A stretch of 64,000 nt of DNA from Eledone cirrhosa (GCA_964016885.1 OZ024747.1:92504001-92568000), one strand, 5' to 3'; positions 24,541 through 39,645 are shown, counted from the stretch's first letter. A program made the numbers and translations. The notes: generated by a model not told the origin, from the sequence alone.

Positions 24541-24955
24541 TCGTCATCATCATCATCATCATCATTTTATATCCACTTTTCCTTGCTTGCAAGGGTGGGA
24601 TGGGTCCTCTTCAGCACAACATCTCTCCATTTGTCATGGTCCTTCGTCATCTCCTCCGTGAACTTCAGCGATTTGAGGTCAGCTCTTACCACCTCCACCC
24701 ATGTTTTTTGTACTTCCTCTCCCGTGTCTTCCTTCCACTGGGATTTCTTGGCACTTCTTCACCCAGTGGTCATCTACCATATGCATCACATGGCCATACT
24801 AATGCAGTGTTCTCTCCCGCACACTACAACTAATCCCTCTTATACACAGTCTCAATCTCAACTTGTCTATGCTTGGTCATTCACGCACTTTGACATTGCA
24901 CATCCATCGGAGCATGCTTGCTTCATTGCTCTCCAGCCATTGCATATCTTTGGCA
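24541..24955 (-). mobile_element. Diverged RTE 3' fragment
   Basis: Colinear with 31800-32220. Confidence 0.85.
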
Positions 24956-25654
24956 ATTATCTCTACCAATAACATGCCACATCTTTCATTCTCAATAACA
25001 AAAACATTAACTATTTCCTGACCATATTTTTAATGAAATACATTCTCATATGGAACTGTAACTCCTGGGAGAGTTGTAGGGATGTTATATTGACATACAG
25101 CACTTCTTAGGGCATTTTTTAAAACCTGGGAGAGCCCATCCCCATTCCAGGCCTGTGTACAGCAGATTTCTTCCAGAGAAGAATAGAGAGTGGGAGAAAA
25201 GAAGTGAGAAAGAGATATAGAGGCAGAATTGACCCCAGTACTAGACTGGTACTTTTTTTTATCGATCTCAAATGGATGAAATCCAAATTTGACTTCAGCG
25301 GGATTTGAACTGAGAAAGCAGAAAGCCAGAACGAATACTGCAAAGTATTCTATCCAATGTTCTAATGAACCTGCCAATACATTTCAATTAATTTATTAAG
25401 AATGTTTAGGGATTTACTAAAATTATTAATTATTTCATTATAAAGAAAGTAACTGAATATATGGTCCTTATATAAAATTATGTTGGAAATTTTAATTTAA
25501 ATTGGAACCCTTTAAAACCGATGATTTTGTTTCTGAGAACTAGGGATGGTTTTGGTTGGGTGGGTTATGAAAGGGTTAATAAGGACATATAACAAGTTTC
25601 TGCTCACAAAAGGAACCTCGCTAGATTTAATATAACCAAACTATAAGACACATT

Positions 25655-25722
<68 letters not shown>

Positions 25723-26445
25723 AAACTCTCAAAAATACACTTTTCACACACACCTTCCACACACAGAGATACACGCGACTTCCACACACAGACACACACT
25801 GACACACACACCTTCCACACACAGACACACCACATTCACACATAGACACATACTGCCATATGCTTACACACACCTTCCACACACAGACACATGGAGGCAC
25901 ACACACAGACGCACACAGACACACAACTTTCACACACACACACACACAGTCACACACCTTCCACACACAGACACATGGAGGCACACACACAGACGCACAC
26001 GGACACACAACTTTCACACACACACACACAGGCACACACCTTCCACACACAGACACATGCAGGCACACACACAGACGCACAACTTTCACACACACACACA
26101 CACACACCTTCCACACACAGACACATGCAGGCACACAGACAGACGCACACAGACACACAACTTTAACACAGACACACACCTTTCACACACACACACACAC
26201 GCACACTCACAGACACACACAGACACATGGAGGCACACACACAACTTTCACACAGACACACACCTTTCACACACACACACGCGCACTCACAGACACATGG
26301 AGGCACACACACAGACGCACACAGACACACACAGACACACACAGACACATGGAGGCACACACACAGACGCACAACTTTCACACACACACACACAGACACA
26401 CACAGACACATGGAGGCACACACACAGACGCACACAGACACACAA

Positions 26446-26486
<41 letters not shown>

Positions 26487-26516
26487 GCACACACACAGAG
26501 GCACACAGACACACAC

Positions 26517-26585
<69 letters not shown>

Positions 26586-26595
26586 TCCACACACA
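25655..26595. repeat. Compound CA-rich satellite with higher-order units (ACACATGGAGGCACAC, CAACTTTCAC, CACCTTCCAC)
   Basis: Seen directly. Confidence 0.95.
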
Positions 26596-27773
26596 TGTGT
26601 TGTTGTAGAACGTCCATAGTTCCCAACTGCCAATATTCCAGTTGTTACATCAATATCACAGCCTACTCCTGAAATTACTGTACATGTAGCTGATCATTTC
26701 ACAGACACGTGTATCTTTAGCATAATTCTCAGGGAGAATCAGCATGACACAGTGTGAGACAAGACTTACCCTTTGAATCACAGGTACATAAAGCTCGTTA
26801 TTTCCATTGGCAGAATCGGTAGAGCGTCAGACACCATGCTTTGCAGCACAGAGTTATGGCCCTTTACGTTCTCAGTTCAAATTCCGCCCAGGTTAACTTT
26901 TGCCTTTCATACTTATGGGGTAGATAAAATAAAGTACCAGTAATGTACTGAGATATTTGTTGGCTTTGTGTTAAAAGTAGAAACAATTATTTTCATTGGC
27001 AAAATTGGTAGAACGTCGGACACCATGCTTTGTAGCATAGAGTTACGGCTCTTTACTTCTGAGTTCATCCTTACGGGGTCAATAAAATAAAGTACCAGTA
27101 ACACACTGGAGTTGATTTAATCGATTTTTCCCTCCCCTACAATTGCTGGTCTTGTGCCTAAATCAGAAACCATTATTTCCAGCTTTGTGGACTGGAGTAA
27201 CATGGAATAAAGTGTCTTGTTTAAGGACGTGAATTCCAAGAATCAAACTCACGATCTTATGATTGGGAGACAAACACTCTAACTACTAAGCCACATGCCT
27301 TCACTCATACACACACAGATACATATGCATACACACACACACACACATGCACACATACACATGCACATATGTTCACACACACATGCACACATGCTCACAC
27401 ACACACACACACATGCACACACACATGTTCACACACACACTTGTTCACACACACACACACATGCTTACACACACTCTCACACACATGCTCACACATTTTC
27501 ACACACACATGCACACATGCTCACATACACACACATGCACACACATGCTCATATACACACATGCACATGCTCACACACACACATGTTTACACACACACTC
27601 TCATAGCACAAGCTTACACACAGACACTCTCACACATGCTCACACACACACACTCACTCACTCAATATATATAAATCAATGAGACCACACTACTCATTGT
27701 TAAAACATATTCTTCTAATATATTATTAAATATATATTTATGTATGTTTGTTGCCTTCATATATTAACACAGT

Positions 27774-28240
27774 TTAACCCATTAGTTAGCATCAAGGTTG
27801 ATAAAAAGGTACTAAAGTACTGGTTATATCCAGCCAAAATTCTTTCCCGTCTTTCTGTTCAAACCGGCCATAACCGGCCACTCATACTGACATTAAGGTA
27901 TTGTTCTTAAAATAAATAATATCAAAATTGTATAGATTCGATATTATGTAAGATAATAGATACTATAAATAGGTGAGAACTCATTATTTTATAAGCAGAT
28001 CTGAACATGGAAGGGCCAAACTCCCACTGTCATCGCCTCCATCTCTCTCACCCTCCCCATTTCTCTGTATAAATGGGGTCCCGCGTGCTGGCCTCCCCAC
28101 AGCCCCGGTGGACAGAATGGGGAAGGCATTTCCCTGGAGGATGGTAAGGGAGACGCGCTGGAAGAGCCATATGTGAAGTAAAGCCTTTACTGTGAAAATA
28201 TAATAGTAAATATAGAGTAATGTAAATGCTAAAGGGTTAA
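27774..28240 (-). mobile_element. piggyBac-type MITE interrupted at 27958-28169
   Basis: TTAA-CCC...AAAGGG-TTAA; body resumes after the insert, by comparison with 14728-14930. Confidence 0.8.
27958..28169 (-). mobile_element. 3' fragment of a CRE-like (restriction-like endonuclease) non-LTR retrotransposon
   Basis: GC-rich insert encoding WLFQRVSLTILQGNAFPIL, resembling the LFQRxSxxxQRGNA C-terminal motif. Confidence 0.6.
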
Positions 28241-28351
28241 ACATGGTAACATGTGGAAGCTATTTTTAAACTTTGAAATAAACTTTTATTTAATTCAACT
28301 AATTTGTATTTTTAAAAGTTCAGCTAATAATATTTTTGCCTATCTGAGTTT

Positions 28352-28612
28352 AGTTATATGGACATGTGGTTAGAATGTCTCAGGAAAGAATTGCTGGACA
28401 GACTTTATGGGCAAAACCAACCAGCAGGAGACCCAAGGGTAGACCGCAAGCAAGATGGTTGGATAACATCCATGAGTGTGGCTGGTCATCAATGGGGATC
28501 CAGCTAGAACAGATGGAGATGGTTGCTTCTGACAGGACTCGCCGGAAATAGTGTTTGAGGACTCTGCCTCCACCAACCCTCTCAGGAATAAGGAGGCAAA
28601 GAAGAAGTGGTT
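28352..28612 (+). mobile_element. RTE-type LINE 3' fragment (third family)
   Basis: GHVVRM..R..GRPQARWLDNI; longer copy at 53720-54260 (-). Confidence 0.75.
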
Positions 28613-29253
28613 TAGATATCAATCTTGATATACAGTATGTATGTATGTACGGTCCTGTAACTCCTGATGGAGTGTAGCGGTGCCGTATTGACACACAGTG
28701 TTTCTAGGGCATTTTAAAACCTGGCAGAGCCCATCTCCTCTTCAGGTCTGAATACAGCAGATTTCTTACAGAGAAGGATAGAGTGTGAGAGTGAGAAAGA
28801 GATATGGAGGAAGAATCAGCCCCAGTACTACTTTAGTACTTTTTTATCAACCTTGAATGGATGAAAGGAGAAGTTGACCTCAATGGGATTTGAACTCAGA
28901 GAGCAAAAATGAATACCACAAAGCATTCTATCCGACATTTTAAGGACTCTGCCAATTTGCCATCTTATGATATATATAGTATTATTTAGCCACAATAAAA
29001 GACACCCAGTCCACTCTGTATAAGGTAGTACATGTGCTACAATAAAAACAAACACACACAGTCCACCCGGTAAAGTGGCAGTGATGGTGCTATAATAATA
29101 CTATAAAGTGGTTGTCATTAGGAACCGCATCCAGTCGTAGAAACCAAATAAACCAAAGATGAAATGTATGAGTAAGATGTGATCATCTAACTGGCCCAGC
29201 CTCGGAACATCGCATCCTGTCTAACCCATGCCAACATGGAAACATAGACATTA

Positions 29254-29494
29254 AGTGGTGGTAGTAGTGATAGGGATGATGGTGATGATGGTGATGATAA
29301 TGATGATGATGAGGAGGAGAGGATGGTAATGATGATGATGGTGGTGGTTGTAGTGGTAGTGATGATGATGATGATGACGATGACGATGATGTTTGATGAT
29401 GATGATGATGATGATGATGAGGAGGAGGAGGAGGAGGAGGATGATAATGATGATTGTGGTGGTGGTGGTGGAAGTGATGGTGATGATGATGATC
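29254..29494. repeat. (GAT)n/(GGT)n/(GAG)n trinucleotide tract
   Basis: Seen directly; follows an RTE/SINE-type tail. Confidence 0.9.
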
Positions 29495-31170
29495 ATTTAA
29501 AGCTACTGACTTATAAAGCCAACTTCCAAACTGAATATATATATATATATAATATATATATATAATATATATATATACATAAATATATACATAAATAACC
29601 TGTTACACAAGATATCCCAACACTTCATCAAGCCTCATCTAACTTCAATAATAACAGCAGTTACTAAATGTATAACCAGCCTAAACATTGTCTCTACATA
29701 GTTTCAATCTCCTGCATCCAGCCTCACTCCATGCAGCTTCTGTTCAAGCAGCAAGTAAGGTTACATTGAGTAGTAACTCAGAATATGTTTAATCAAAGCA
29801 GTAGTTTTACAGCGAAAATAGCCTTCTTAATGCCAACCACTCTAATATGAAATAGAACTAGATGGTTTTCATTTGAAATGTCCATCTTCCTAGATGTTAC
29901 TGTAGCTACATGGATTAAAAAGCCATATCACTGATACTGTACAATATGATATATATTTATTAAGTTGTCTCTTCTGTTACTTTGACAGCATTTTAAAGCC
30001 TTATATTTCTTCTGTTTCATGCTGCAGTGCCCAGTGATTTTAGGTTGCATTCTCCTAAGGTTAGTGATCTTTTTATTAAGCCTCAATAGGTGACTTAATA
30101 CACTTTTACAGAATTAAGGAATTAAAAGTGAAGCATGCTATAGAGAAAAACTGACATCGTCTGTTAATGTTCAATGTGGCAGCTTTAGTCAATGCTTGAG
30201 CAGAATAATGCTGAAAGGGATCAGAAACAGAGATGATAAATACAGGATGATAAACACAATAGAGAAAAACATGGTAGATCAAGTTATGTGTTAAAACTTC
30301 TCATGCATAAATTTACTGAGCTGTAAGTTGGAAAGGGGAAACAAAACGAGAAAAGTAAAGTAGACAACCCCATGGCTAAAGTGCATGGCTAAGATGGAGT
30401 GTGTGCCAAGTAAAATGAAGAGAAAATATACAAAAGAAAAGAACAAGAATTTGGGAGGAGAGGGAAAGTAGAAACTTTCAATTATCTATGAAAGTAAAAC
30501 AAGTATTTTTCAATGTAATCTATACTGTAAACTCTCTAAGTGGTGTAGCAGTGTGCATATTTTTGTCAATTTTATTGTCCTGTCATAACAATCAGTTTTT
30601 CTTGCTGTCTAACACAAAGACTGGCAACAAAATAGTAGTTCGGTAAAAATCTCCAGCATTTGATTTACAGACGCTGTTTTAGGGGTGCAGGGGGGATGTG
30701 TTGATAAATAACAACTTTGAAAGAATACAAAACTAAAAATGAAAAATGTATGAGGAGGCCAAAGATAAAAATTATAAAATGAAAATAAATTATATATAAA
30801 AAAAAATTATTTTTTATTCAATTTATTTATTTTTCAGTTAAGGTAATATTTGTTTAAAATCAAACATTTTTGTCTATATTCATGAAATTAGTTTTTTAAT
30901 GATTTTATGAGCTACTTTCCTATATAATGTGGAACAGGTGGACCTATTTTCAAACAGAGCAAATGTATAGGACCACATCTTGATACTCACTACCGTCGGG
31001 GTGGACATGGCTACCCACATGTATGAACTCTGTGAGGAGTTGGAATTGATATTTTAACATGACCCCATTGCCATCCTCTGGGGCCAATTATTTAACCATT
31101 CTGTCCACTTGGACCACAAGGCAGCTGATGTTTCACCTGGGTTTCTGTATGCCAGAGTGCACCCCCTACC

Positions 31171-31245
<75 letters not shown>

Positions 31246-31418
31246 TTATATGTGTGTATGTGTGTGTGTATGTATATATATATATGTATATATATGTATA
31301 TAAATGTATATATGTATGTATTTATATGTATGTATATATATGTATATATATATATGTATATATATATGTATATATATATGTATATATATGTATATATATA
31401 TGTATATATATATATATG

Positions 31419-31465
<47 letters not shown>

Positions 31466-31544
31466 GTATGTGTATATATATATATGTATATATATATATA
31501 TGTATATATGTATGTATATATATATGTATATATATATGTATATA

Positions 31545-31597
<53 letters not shown>

Positions 31598-31642
31598 GTA
31601 TATATATATGTATGTGTATATATATATATGTATATATATATG

Positions 31643-31679
<37 letters not shown>

Positions 31680-31799
31680 TTGTGTATATATATATATGAT
31701 CATCATCACCACTTTACGTCCGCTTTTCTCTGCTTGCAAGGGTTGGACGGATCCTATTCAGCACAGCATCTCTCCACTTATATGTATATATGTATATAT

Positions 31800-32715
31800 C
31801 ATCATCATCATCATCATCATTTTACGTCCGCTCTTCCCTGCTTGCAAGGGTGGGATGGGTCTTATTCAGCACAGCATCTCTCCATTCGTCACGGTCCTTC
31901 GTCATCTCCACCGTGAGCTTCAATGATCTGAGGTCTGTTCTCACCACCTCCGCCCATGTTTTTCGTGGTCTACCTCTTCCACGTCTTCCTTCAACTGGCA
32001 TTTCCTGGCACTTCTTCACCCATCGGTCATCCTCCATGCACATCACATGTCCATACCACCTCAGTCTCCTTTCTCGCACACTACATTCTATCCCTCTCAG
32101 ACACAGTTTCTCTCTCGACACATTCATGCTGGGTCATTCACGCACATTGACACTGCACATCCAACGGAGCATGCTTGCCTCATTTCTCTCCAGCCATTGC
32201 ATATCCTCTGCGGTTGCTGCCCATGTCTCACTACCATGCAACATCGCGCTCCTCACACAGGCATCATACAACCGGCCTTTCGTACGCAGGGAGAAGCCCT
32301 TGTTCGTCAGCAGAGGAAGCAGCTCCCTAAACTTCTTCTAACCCGTCCTTATTCTAGATACTATGGCCTCGGAACACCCCCCTCCCATGCTAATCTGATC
32401 TCCTAGGTACCGGAAGCTATCCACCACTTCTATAGCACCCGCCTGCATTTGAAAAATGTGTCTATCAATGCAACTTCTACTGTCTAATTTCCCTGTACAT
32501 CTACTGCATACATATTTCTCCCTATCTGTTAGTTTGCCTGCTATCCTGCTACATCTCTTGTGTACCCAGAATCTGCATTGTGTGCATTTTATAGAATTTA
32601 TGCCAGTTCCTTTTCTGCATATCGAAAATGACCATTTCCCTGACGGAATCAGGGTTTTGTCCTCTTTCTACCCATCAACACCTTTGTCTTAGCTAGGTTC
32701 ACTCTCAGTCCTCTT
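31800..32715 (-). mobile_element. RTE-clade LINE 3' fragment (subfamily 2) with PHD-like finger
   Basis: Near-identical to 10758-11335 in inverse orientation; extends 5' through WSFSICRKGTGINSIKCTQCRFWVHKRC. Confidence 0.95.
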
Positions 32716-32758
32716 GTATATATATATATGTATATATATATATGTATATATGTATATA

Positions 32759-32789
<31 letters not shown>

Positions 32790-32870
32790 GTATATATATA
32801 TATATGTATATATGTATATATGTATATATATATATATGTATATATGTATATATGTATATATGTATATATG

Positions 32871-32925
<55 letters not shown>

Positions 32926-32950
32926 GTATATATGTATATGTATATATGTA

Positions 32951-33022
<72 letters not shown>

Positions 33023-33506
33023 TACACTTTCTCATATTTTCTCATATTTTCATCATATGACAAAAATACAAATATTTAGTTACATATGAAATAATAACTA
33101 TTACATTTGCATGGAAAGCAAACCATTTTCTTCTTCAAACAGTAAAGGATAAAATGCATTACATAATCACTAGCTATAGTTTTACACTTAATTACTCAAT
33201 TAAGTGTAAAATTAGGTACACGGGATCAAAGCTTTCCTCCGTAGGATTTGAACTCAAAACAATTAAGGACTCAACTTAGTAAACATATACAGCATCAGGC
33301 AAATAGAATATATGAAGAAAAATATATATATTATATATATATGTGTATATATATATACATAGGAAGGGCATCCAGCTGTAGAAATCAAGCCAGATCAGTT
33401 CCTGTATGAGCAAGGCATGGTCAGCCGACCAGACACTGCCCACAACAGGACAACCCGTCTAACCCATGCTAGCGTGGAAGAACGGACGTAAAACGGTGAT
33501 GATGAT

Positions 33507-33537
<31 letters not shown>

Positions 33538-33627
33538 CACTCACATATATATATAGACATATATATATACATACACACACAAATATATATATACATACAC
33601 ACACATATATATGTATATACATATATG

Positions 33628-33658
<31 letters not shown>

Positions 33659-33969
33659 TACATAAATATAAATATATATAGATATATATATAAATAGAAT
33701 TAAGGTGTACGTTCCAACATACATACATGTATATAAAGTTTGTATATCAAATAATATATGCTATGTTTACGAGTAAACATTCGTAAGCATATCATATATT
33801 ATTTGATACACAAACTTTATATACATACATATATATATATACATACATACATATATCATCATCATCATCATCATCATTTTATGTCTGCTTTTCCCTGCTT
33901 GCATACATACATATATATATATACATACATATATACATACATATATATACATACACATATATATTTATA

Positions 33970-34019
<50 letters not shown>

Positions 34020-34035
34020 CACATATATATTTATA

Positions 34036-34073
<38 letters not shown>

Positions 34074-34080
34074 CAAATAT

Positions 34081-34111
<31 letters not shown>

Positions 34112-34215
34112 CATACATACAAATATATACATACATACATATATATACATATATATATATACACACATACATGTATATATACACACACACATACATATAT
34201 ATATACACACACATA

Positions 34216-34339
<124 letters not shown>

Positions 34340-34352
34340 TATATATATATAT

Positions 34353-34401
<49 letters not shown>

Positions 34402-34636
34402 AATTTATGAAAACATATAACTTAATGATAGTGAAAATATTACCAAAATGTTATGTGGCGAAGATTACGAGGATAGAATAACTGTTTAAACATTCTTGGG
34501 AAACTAACTTAAAACTCATTAGAATGATCATACAAGTTTACATATCAACCTCCTTATCATCATCAATTTCTTTTTATGTCTTGCCAGCATGGGTTGAATC
34601 CGATACATGAGTTAGATTGACATAGAATGTTTAAAC

Positions 34637-35459
34637 CAGGCGTGTACAATAGGTGGTCCGCGGGTTAAAAAAATCCAGCCAGTCAGACCAGTCAGAGTGG
34701 CCCGCGATGACGGTTTTTAATTTTTACCTTGTAGACTTATTTCGAATTTTTTTTTCGTAACCGTAATACAATTTTCTGTGAGTTAACCTATACTAAAGGG
34801 CTTCACTGATAGGGTTATGTATGTTATAATTTCCTAGTTAACCTATACTAAAGGGCTTCACTGATAGGGTTATGTATGTTATAATTTCCCAGTTGACCTA
34901 TACTAAAGGGCTTCACTGATAGGGTTATATATGTTATAATTTCCTAGTTGACCTATACTAAAGGGCTTCACTGATAGGGTTATGTGTGTTATAATTTCCT
35001 AGTTGACCTATACTAAAGGGCTTCACTGATAGGGTTATGTATGTTATAATTTCCTAGTTGACCTATACTAAAGGGCTTCACTGATAGGGTTATGTATGTT
35101 ATAATTTCCTAGTTGACCTATACTAAAGGGCTTCACTGATAGGGTTATGTGTGTTATAATTTCCTAGTTAACCTATACTAAAGGGCTTCACTGATAGGGT
35201 TATGTGTGTTGTAATTTTCTAGTTGACCTATACTAAAGGGCTTCACTGATAGGGTTATGTGTGTTGTAATTTTCTAGTTGACCTATACTAAAGGGCTTCA
35301 CTGATAGGGTTATGTATGTTATAATTTCCCTGTTCCATGTTAAAGTAGAAAGAAGTTGTAGTGAATCTTTGGAATAGTACTTAATAAATATTAATGGCCC
35401 TAATAGTTGTTCCAAATTTCAAAAGTGGCCAGGCCAATGGAATATGTTGCACACCCCTG
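34637..35459 (+). mobile_element. hAT (Charlie-like) non-autonomous element
   Basis: Imperfect TIRs CAGGCGTGTACAATA / TGTTGCACACCCCTG; subterminal GTGGYCC motifs; left flank GTTTAAAC; TSD not preserved on the right. Confidence 0.65.
34781..35330. repeat. 55-bp minisatellite, 10 copies
   Basis: AGTTRACCTATACTAAAGGGCTTCACTGATAGGGTTATGTRTGTTATAATTTCCT at an exact 55-bp period. Confidence 0.97.
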
Positions 35460-36700
35460 AAATGTAATGGATTCTACTTTAGGCACAAGGCCAGCAATTT
35501 TGGGTGAGGGCAAAGTTTATTAAATTGACCCTAGTGTGTGACTAGTACTTTATTTTATTTACCCCATAAGGATGAAAGGCAAAGCTAACCTCGGCAGGAT
35601 TTGAACTCAGAATATAAAGGGTCTTAACTCTATGCCATGAAAGAGGGTGTCCGACGCTCTATCGATACTGCCAATCCACCATATACAGAAATATAATTGT
35701 TTCTACTTTTGGCACAAGGACAGCAATTATCCCAGTGCATTACTGCATAAACTTTTAATTTGTTCTAAAATTTTAAATTTTATATATATATATATGCGTG
35801 TGTGTCTGGAGGTGTGTGGCTTAGTGGTTAGATCGTAGGATTACAATTGTGAGGCGGTGAGTTTGATTCCCTTACTGAGCGATGGATTGTGTTATTGAGC
35901 AAGACACTTTATTTCACATTCCGCCAGTTCACTCAGCTGTAAAAATGAGTTGCAATTTCACTGGTGTCAAGCTGTATCAACCTTTTCTCTTGGACATCAT
36001 CAGTGTTATAGAGAGGGGACACTGGTATATATATAGATGACTGCTGGTCTTCCACAAAAACATCTTTCTCAGGCTAGCATCTCAGAAGGGAATCTTTCTA
36101 AATGCAAATCCCATGGCTATTCATGACTGAAGGGGGGCTTTACCTTTTATATTTTATATATATATATAAATATATAATGGTTTCTTATATAGGCACAAGG
36201 CCAGCAATTTTGGGGGAGGGGAAAGTCGATTAAATCGACCCCAGTGCGTGACTGGTACTTTATTTTATCGACCCCGTAAGGATCAAAGGCAAAGTTAACC
36301 TCGGCAGGATTTGAACTCAGATCGTAAAGGAACGTAACTATACTGGAAAGCATGGCACCCGATACTGCCAATCCACCGCCCTAGAATATCAATAATATTA
36401 ATAAATAGAAAATATCTTTATAAAACCATATTTATTTTATTATACGTATTTCAAGGGTACTAATATTTTAGTACGCTTACATCAGATAAAATACAATAAT
36501 TGGTGTAAAGATAGTGACATAACTTCATGTGAACTTCATGTTATAAGTTCATTGAAGATAGTGAATATAATTTTTCAAAAGTGTGTGTGTGTGGGGGGGG
36601 GGGTATGCTAATGAGAATGACGTTAAAACTGAAAAGGGCCGTTCTAATCTGTTGTAAATTAACTTTGTTGAATAATCAACAAACCAAATAACTCATTGTT

Positions 36701-36745
<45 letters not shown>

Positions 36746-37090
36746 TCATGATCATCTCTGTTTAATGGTGATGATGTATATATGCATATATATATATATT
36801 GATATATATATATCTATATATATTCCTGCTTGTTGTAAGAGGTAACTAAGAGGGATAGTATCAGGAAGAGCATTGTCTTAAAATATCCTATTCAACATAT
36901 GCCAGCATAGAAAAGGAACATAAAAAAGGATGATGATGATGATGATGATGATGATGGATGATGGTGTACGTGTGTGCAAATATATATCTTTATATATATA
37001 TATATATATATATACACTCACATACAAATATATACACACACACACAGACACACACACGCGCACACAGACACACACAGACACACACACACA

Positions 37091-37130
<40 letters not shown>

Positions 37131-37155
37131 GGCACACACACAGACACACACACAC

Positions 37156-37195
<40 letters not shown>

Positions 37196-37330
37196 CACCA
37201 TCATCATCGTTTAACATCCACTTTACATGCTAGCCGAGGTTAACTTTGCCTTTCATCCTTACGGGGGTCGATAAAATAGAGTACCAGTAATGCACTGGGT
37301 AATTGCTGGCCTTGTGCCAAACGTAGAAAC

Positions 37331-37371
<41 letters not shown>

Positions 37372-38206
37372 TATTGGTGCTCTGAAATAGCAATGTATGC
37401 ATGAATGTATGTATAATATACTTGGCAATATACTCTGCTCTCTCTGTTGTTTTTGCCGAGAATTACTAAGTGATATAGTCACTACTTTAAAACTCATAGC
37501 AAATGGTCTTCTAAATGTTTTAATTAAACATACAGTATATTGCCAAATACTGCACCTGAGCACTTTACACAATAATTTCATTACTATTATTATTAACTTT
37601 TTCCAATTTCATTTGAAAAGGAAAATCTGGGTAGAGAGGGAGGTGCTCTCTTCCCAGCTTTTTGTTGAAAGATGGGTGAGAGAGGCAAGAATGGCCCGAG
37701 TGAATGGACCCACTCTGAGTATATGCCTGTAAATTGAAGGTGGAAAACTGGGAGAGGACACTTGCCCTGGTGGTCAGGGTCTCTGTGGCCTTTTAATGGG
37801 CTTTCTCCACAAATGTCCCTCAGAAGTCTCCCCTCTATTAAGGTTAACTTTGCATTTCATCCACGGGGTCGATAAAATAAAGTACCAGTAATGTACTGGG
37901 TAATTGCTGGCCTTGTGCCTAAAGTAGAAACAATTATTATTATTATACTATACATAGTCATATATATATATATATGAATGAAAAACAGTTAAAATCTCGC
38001 TTTAACACCCTGTAATGAATGAGCTCAATGTATAAAACTGGGCTCTTTATAATATAATATATAGAGAAAAAAACACACAAAGAAGTGTGTTTTGAATTTC
38101 ATGGGTTGAAATATCTCTTTGGTGCCATGCATATAATCTATGAACAAACGTAGTTTTCCAACCCATTTAATTCAAAACATACTTCTTTGTGTGTTTATTT
38201 ATATAT

Positions 38207-38559
38207 ATCATCATCATCATCATCATTTCATTTTACGTCCGCTTTTCCCTGCTTGCAAGGGTGGGACGGGAACTGATTCTGGCTTGATTTCTACAGCTGG
38301 ATGCCCTTCCTAACACCAACCTCGTTTACAGTGAGTGCTGGGTACTTTTTTGCCGTGGCACCTCCACGACCACTTTACAGTGGAGTGATAGGGACCCCAG
38401 TCCCTCTCATCTCATTTTTACAGCTGAGTAAACTGGAGCAATGTGAAATAAAGTGTCTTGCTCAAGGAAACAACACATCACCTGGTCTGAGAATTGAACT
38501 CACAACCTTTCGATTGCAAGGCCAATGCTCTAACCACTAAACCATGTCATGTGCCTCCA
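38207..38559 (-). mobile_element. CORE-like SINE family B
   Basis: Reverse complement of 7077-7425. Confidence 0.9.
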
Positions 38560-38882
38560 TATATATATATATATTATTTATTGACAAATTTTTCTTAATT
38601 CAGTTTAAAGCAGGCATGGGGAACCTTTTGTTATATAATGTCGATTATATTATTATGTATTTAAATTAGGTGTTTAATATATTCTTAGGCCAGCAATTAT
38701 CCCAGTGCATTACTGGTACTTTATTTTATCGACCGCGTAAGGATGAAAGGCAAAGTTAACATCAGTGGGATTTGAACTCGGACCATAAAGGGCCATAACT
38801 CCATGCTGCAAAGCATGGTGGCAGACCCTCTACCGATACTGCCAATCTACCGCCCTTTTAGATATATAATGTTTAGATATAT

Positions 38883-39070
38883 AATTGTTTCTACTTTTGG
38901 CACAAGGCCAGCAATTACCCAGTACATTACTGGTACTTTATTTTATCGACCCCGTAAGGATGAAAGGCAAAGTTAACCTCAGCGGGATTTGAACTCCGAA
39001 TGGCAAGGGCCGTAACTCTATGTGTCAAAGCATGGCATCCGACGCTCTACCGATACTGCCAATCCACCGC
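38883..39070 (-). mobile_element. SINE family A
   Basis: Full-length reverse-complement copy. Confidence 0.9.
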
Positions 39071-39194
39071 AATGCCAAGAGATAACAGTAGAATTAACTG
39101 CCAAAAACTTCTTTGGTTTTATACAAGACTGACCATTGTAAACTGTTCATGCTAATATTGACACCTTCCACCATTTAAGACATTTCTCTTACAT

Positions 39195-39243
39195 AATCTA
39201 TATATAAATTTGAGTGATTTCCATTCATCCGTTCATCTGTCAC

Positions 39244-39291
<48 letters not shown>

Positions 39292-39645
39292 TATGTGTGT
39301 GTAAAAGGAAGGAAGCGGATGGTGAAAAAAATATAGCAAAACAGTGACTGGAATTCCATTTGCTACACTGTGTGTGTGTGTATGTGTTTGTTTGTGTGTT
39401 TGTGTAAATGTATGTGTATGCGTGTTTATGTGAATGTATGTGTGTGTTTGTGTAAATGTATGTGTGTGTGTAAGTGTATGTGTGTGTAAGCATTTATGTG
39501 AATATATGTGTGTTTATGTGAATGTATGTGTGTATTTATGTGAATGTATGTCTGTGAGTGTGTATTTTTGTAAGTGTGTTTGTGTTTGTGCGTTTATAAA
39601 ATATACCCATGCATGTGTCAGCATGTTGAAAAAAATTCTAGTACT
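39195..39645 (-). repeat. Dispersed CA-rich repeat, inverted homolog of 4200-4575
   Basis: Shared unique blocks GTAGCAAATGGA..CCAGYCACTGTTTTGCTATA and GTGACAGA..CGGATG..GGAAATCRCTCAAATTTATA. Confidence 0.8.

Noticed and set aside
29251-29565. His-rich or acidic ORFs
   Set aside because: Expanded (GAT)n tail of a retroposon.
30838-30842. Possible 5-nt microexon (TTTTCAG|TTAAG|GTAATA)
   Set aside because: Frame-shifting length and easily produced by chance in T-rich DNA; no supporting neighbours.
30925-31170. GC-richer island that could be an exon
   Set aside because: No consistent open frame with both splice sites; faint resemblance to a decayed LINE, not identifiable.
34781-35330. Regular array resembling CRISPR
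   Set aside because: Units are contiguous with no unique spacers, no cas genes, and the context is eukaryotic.
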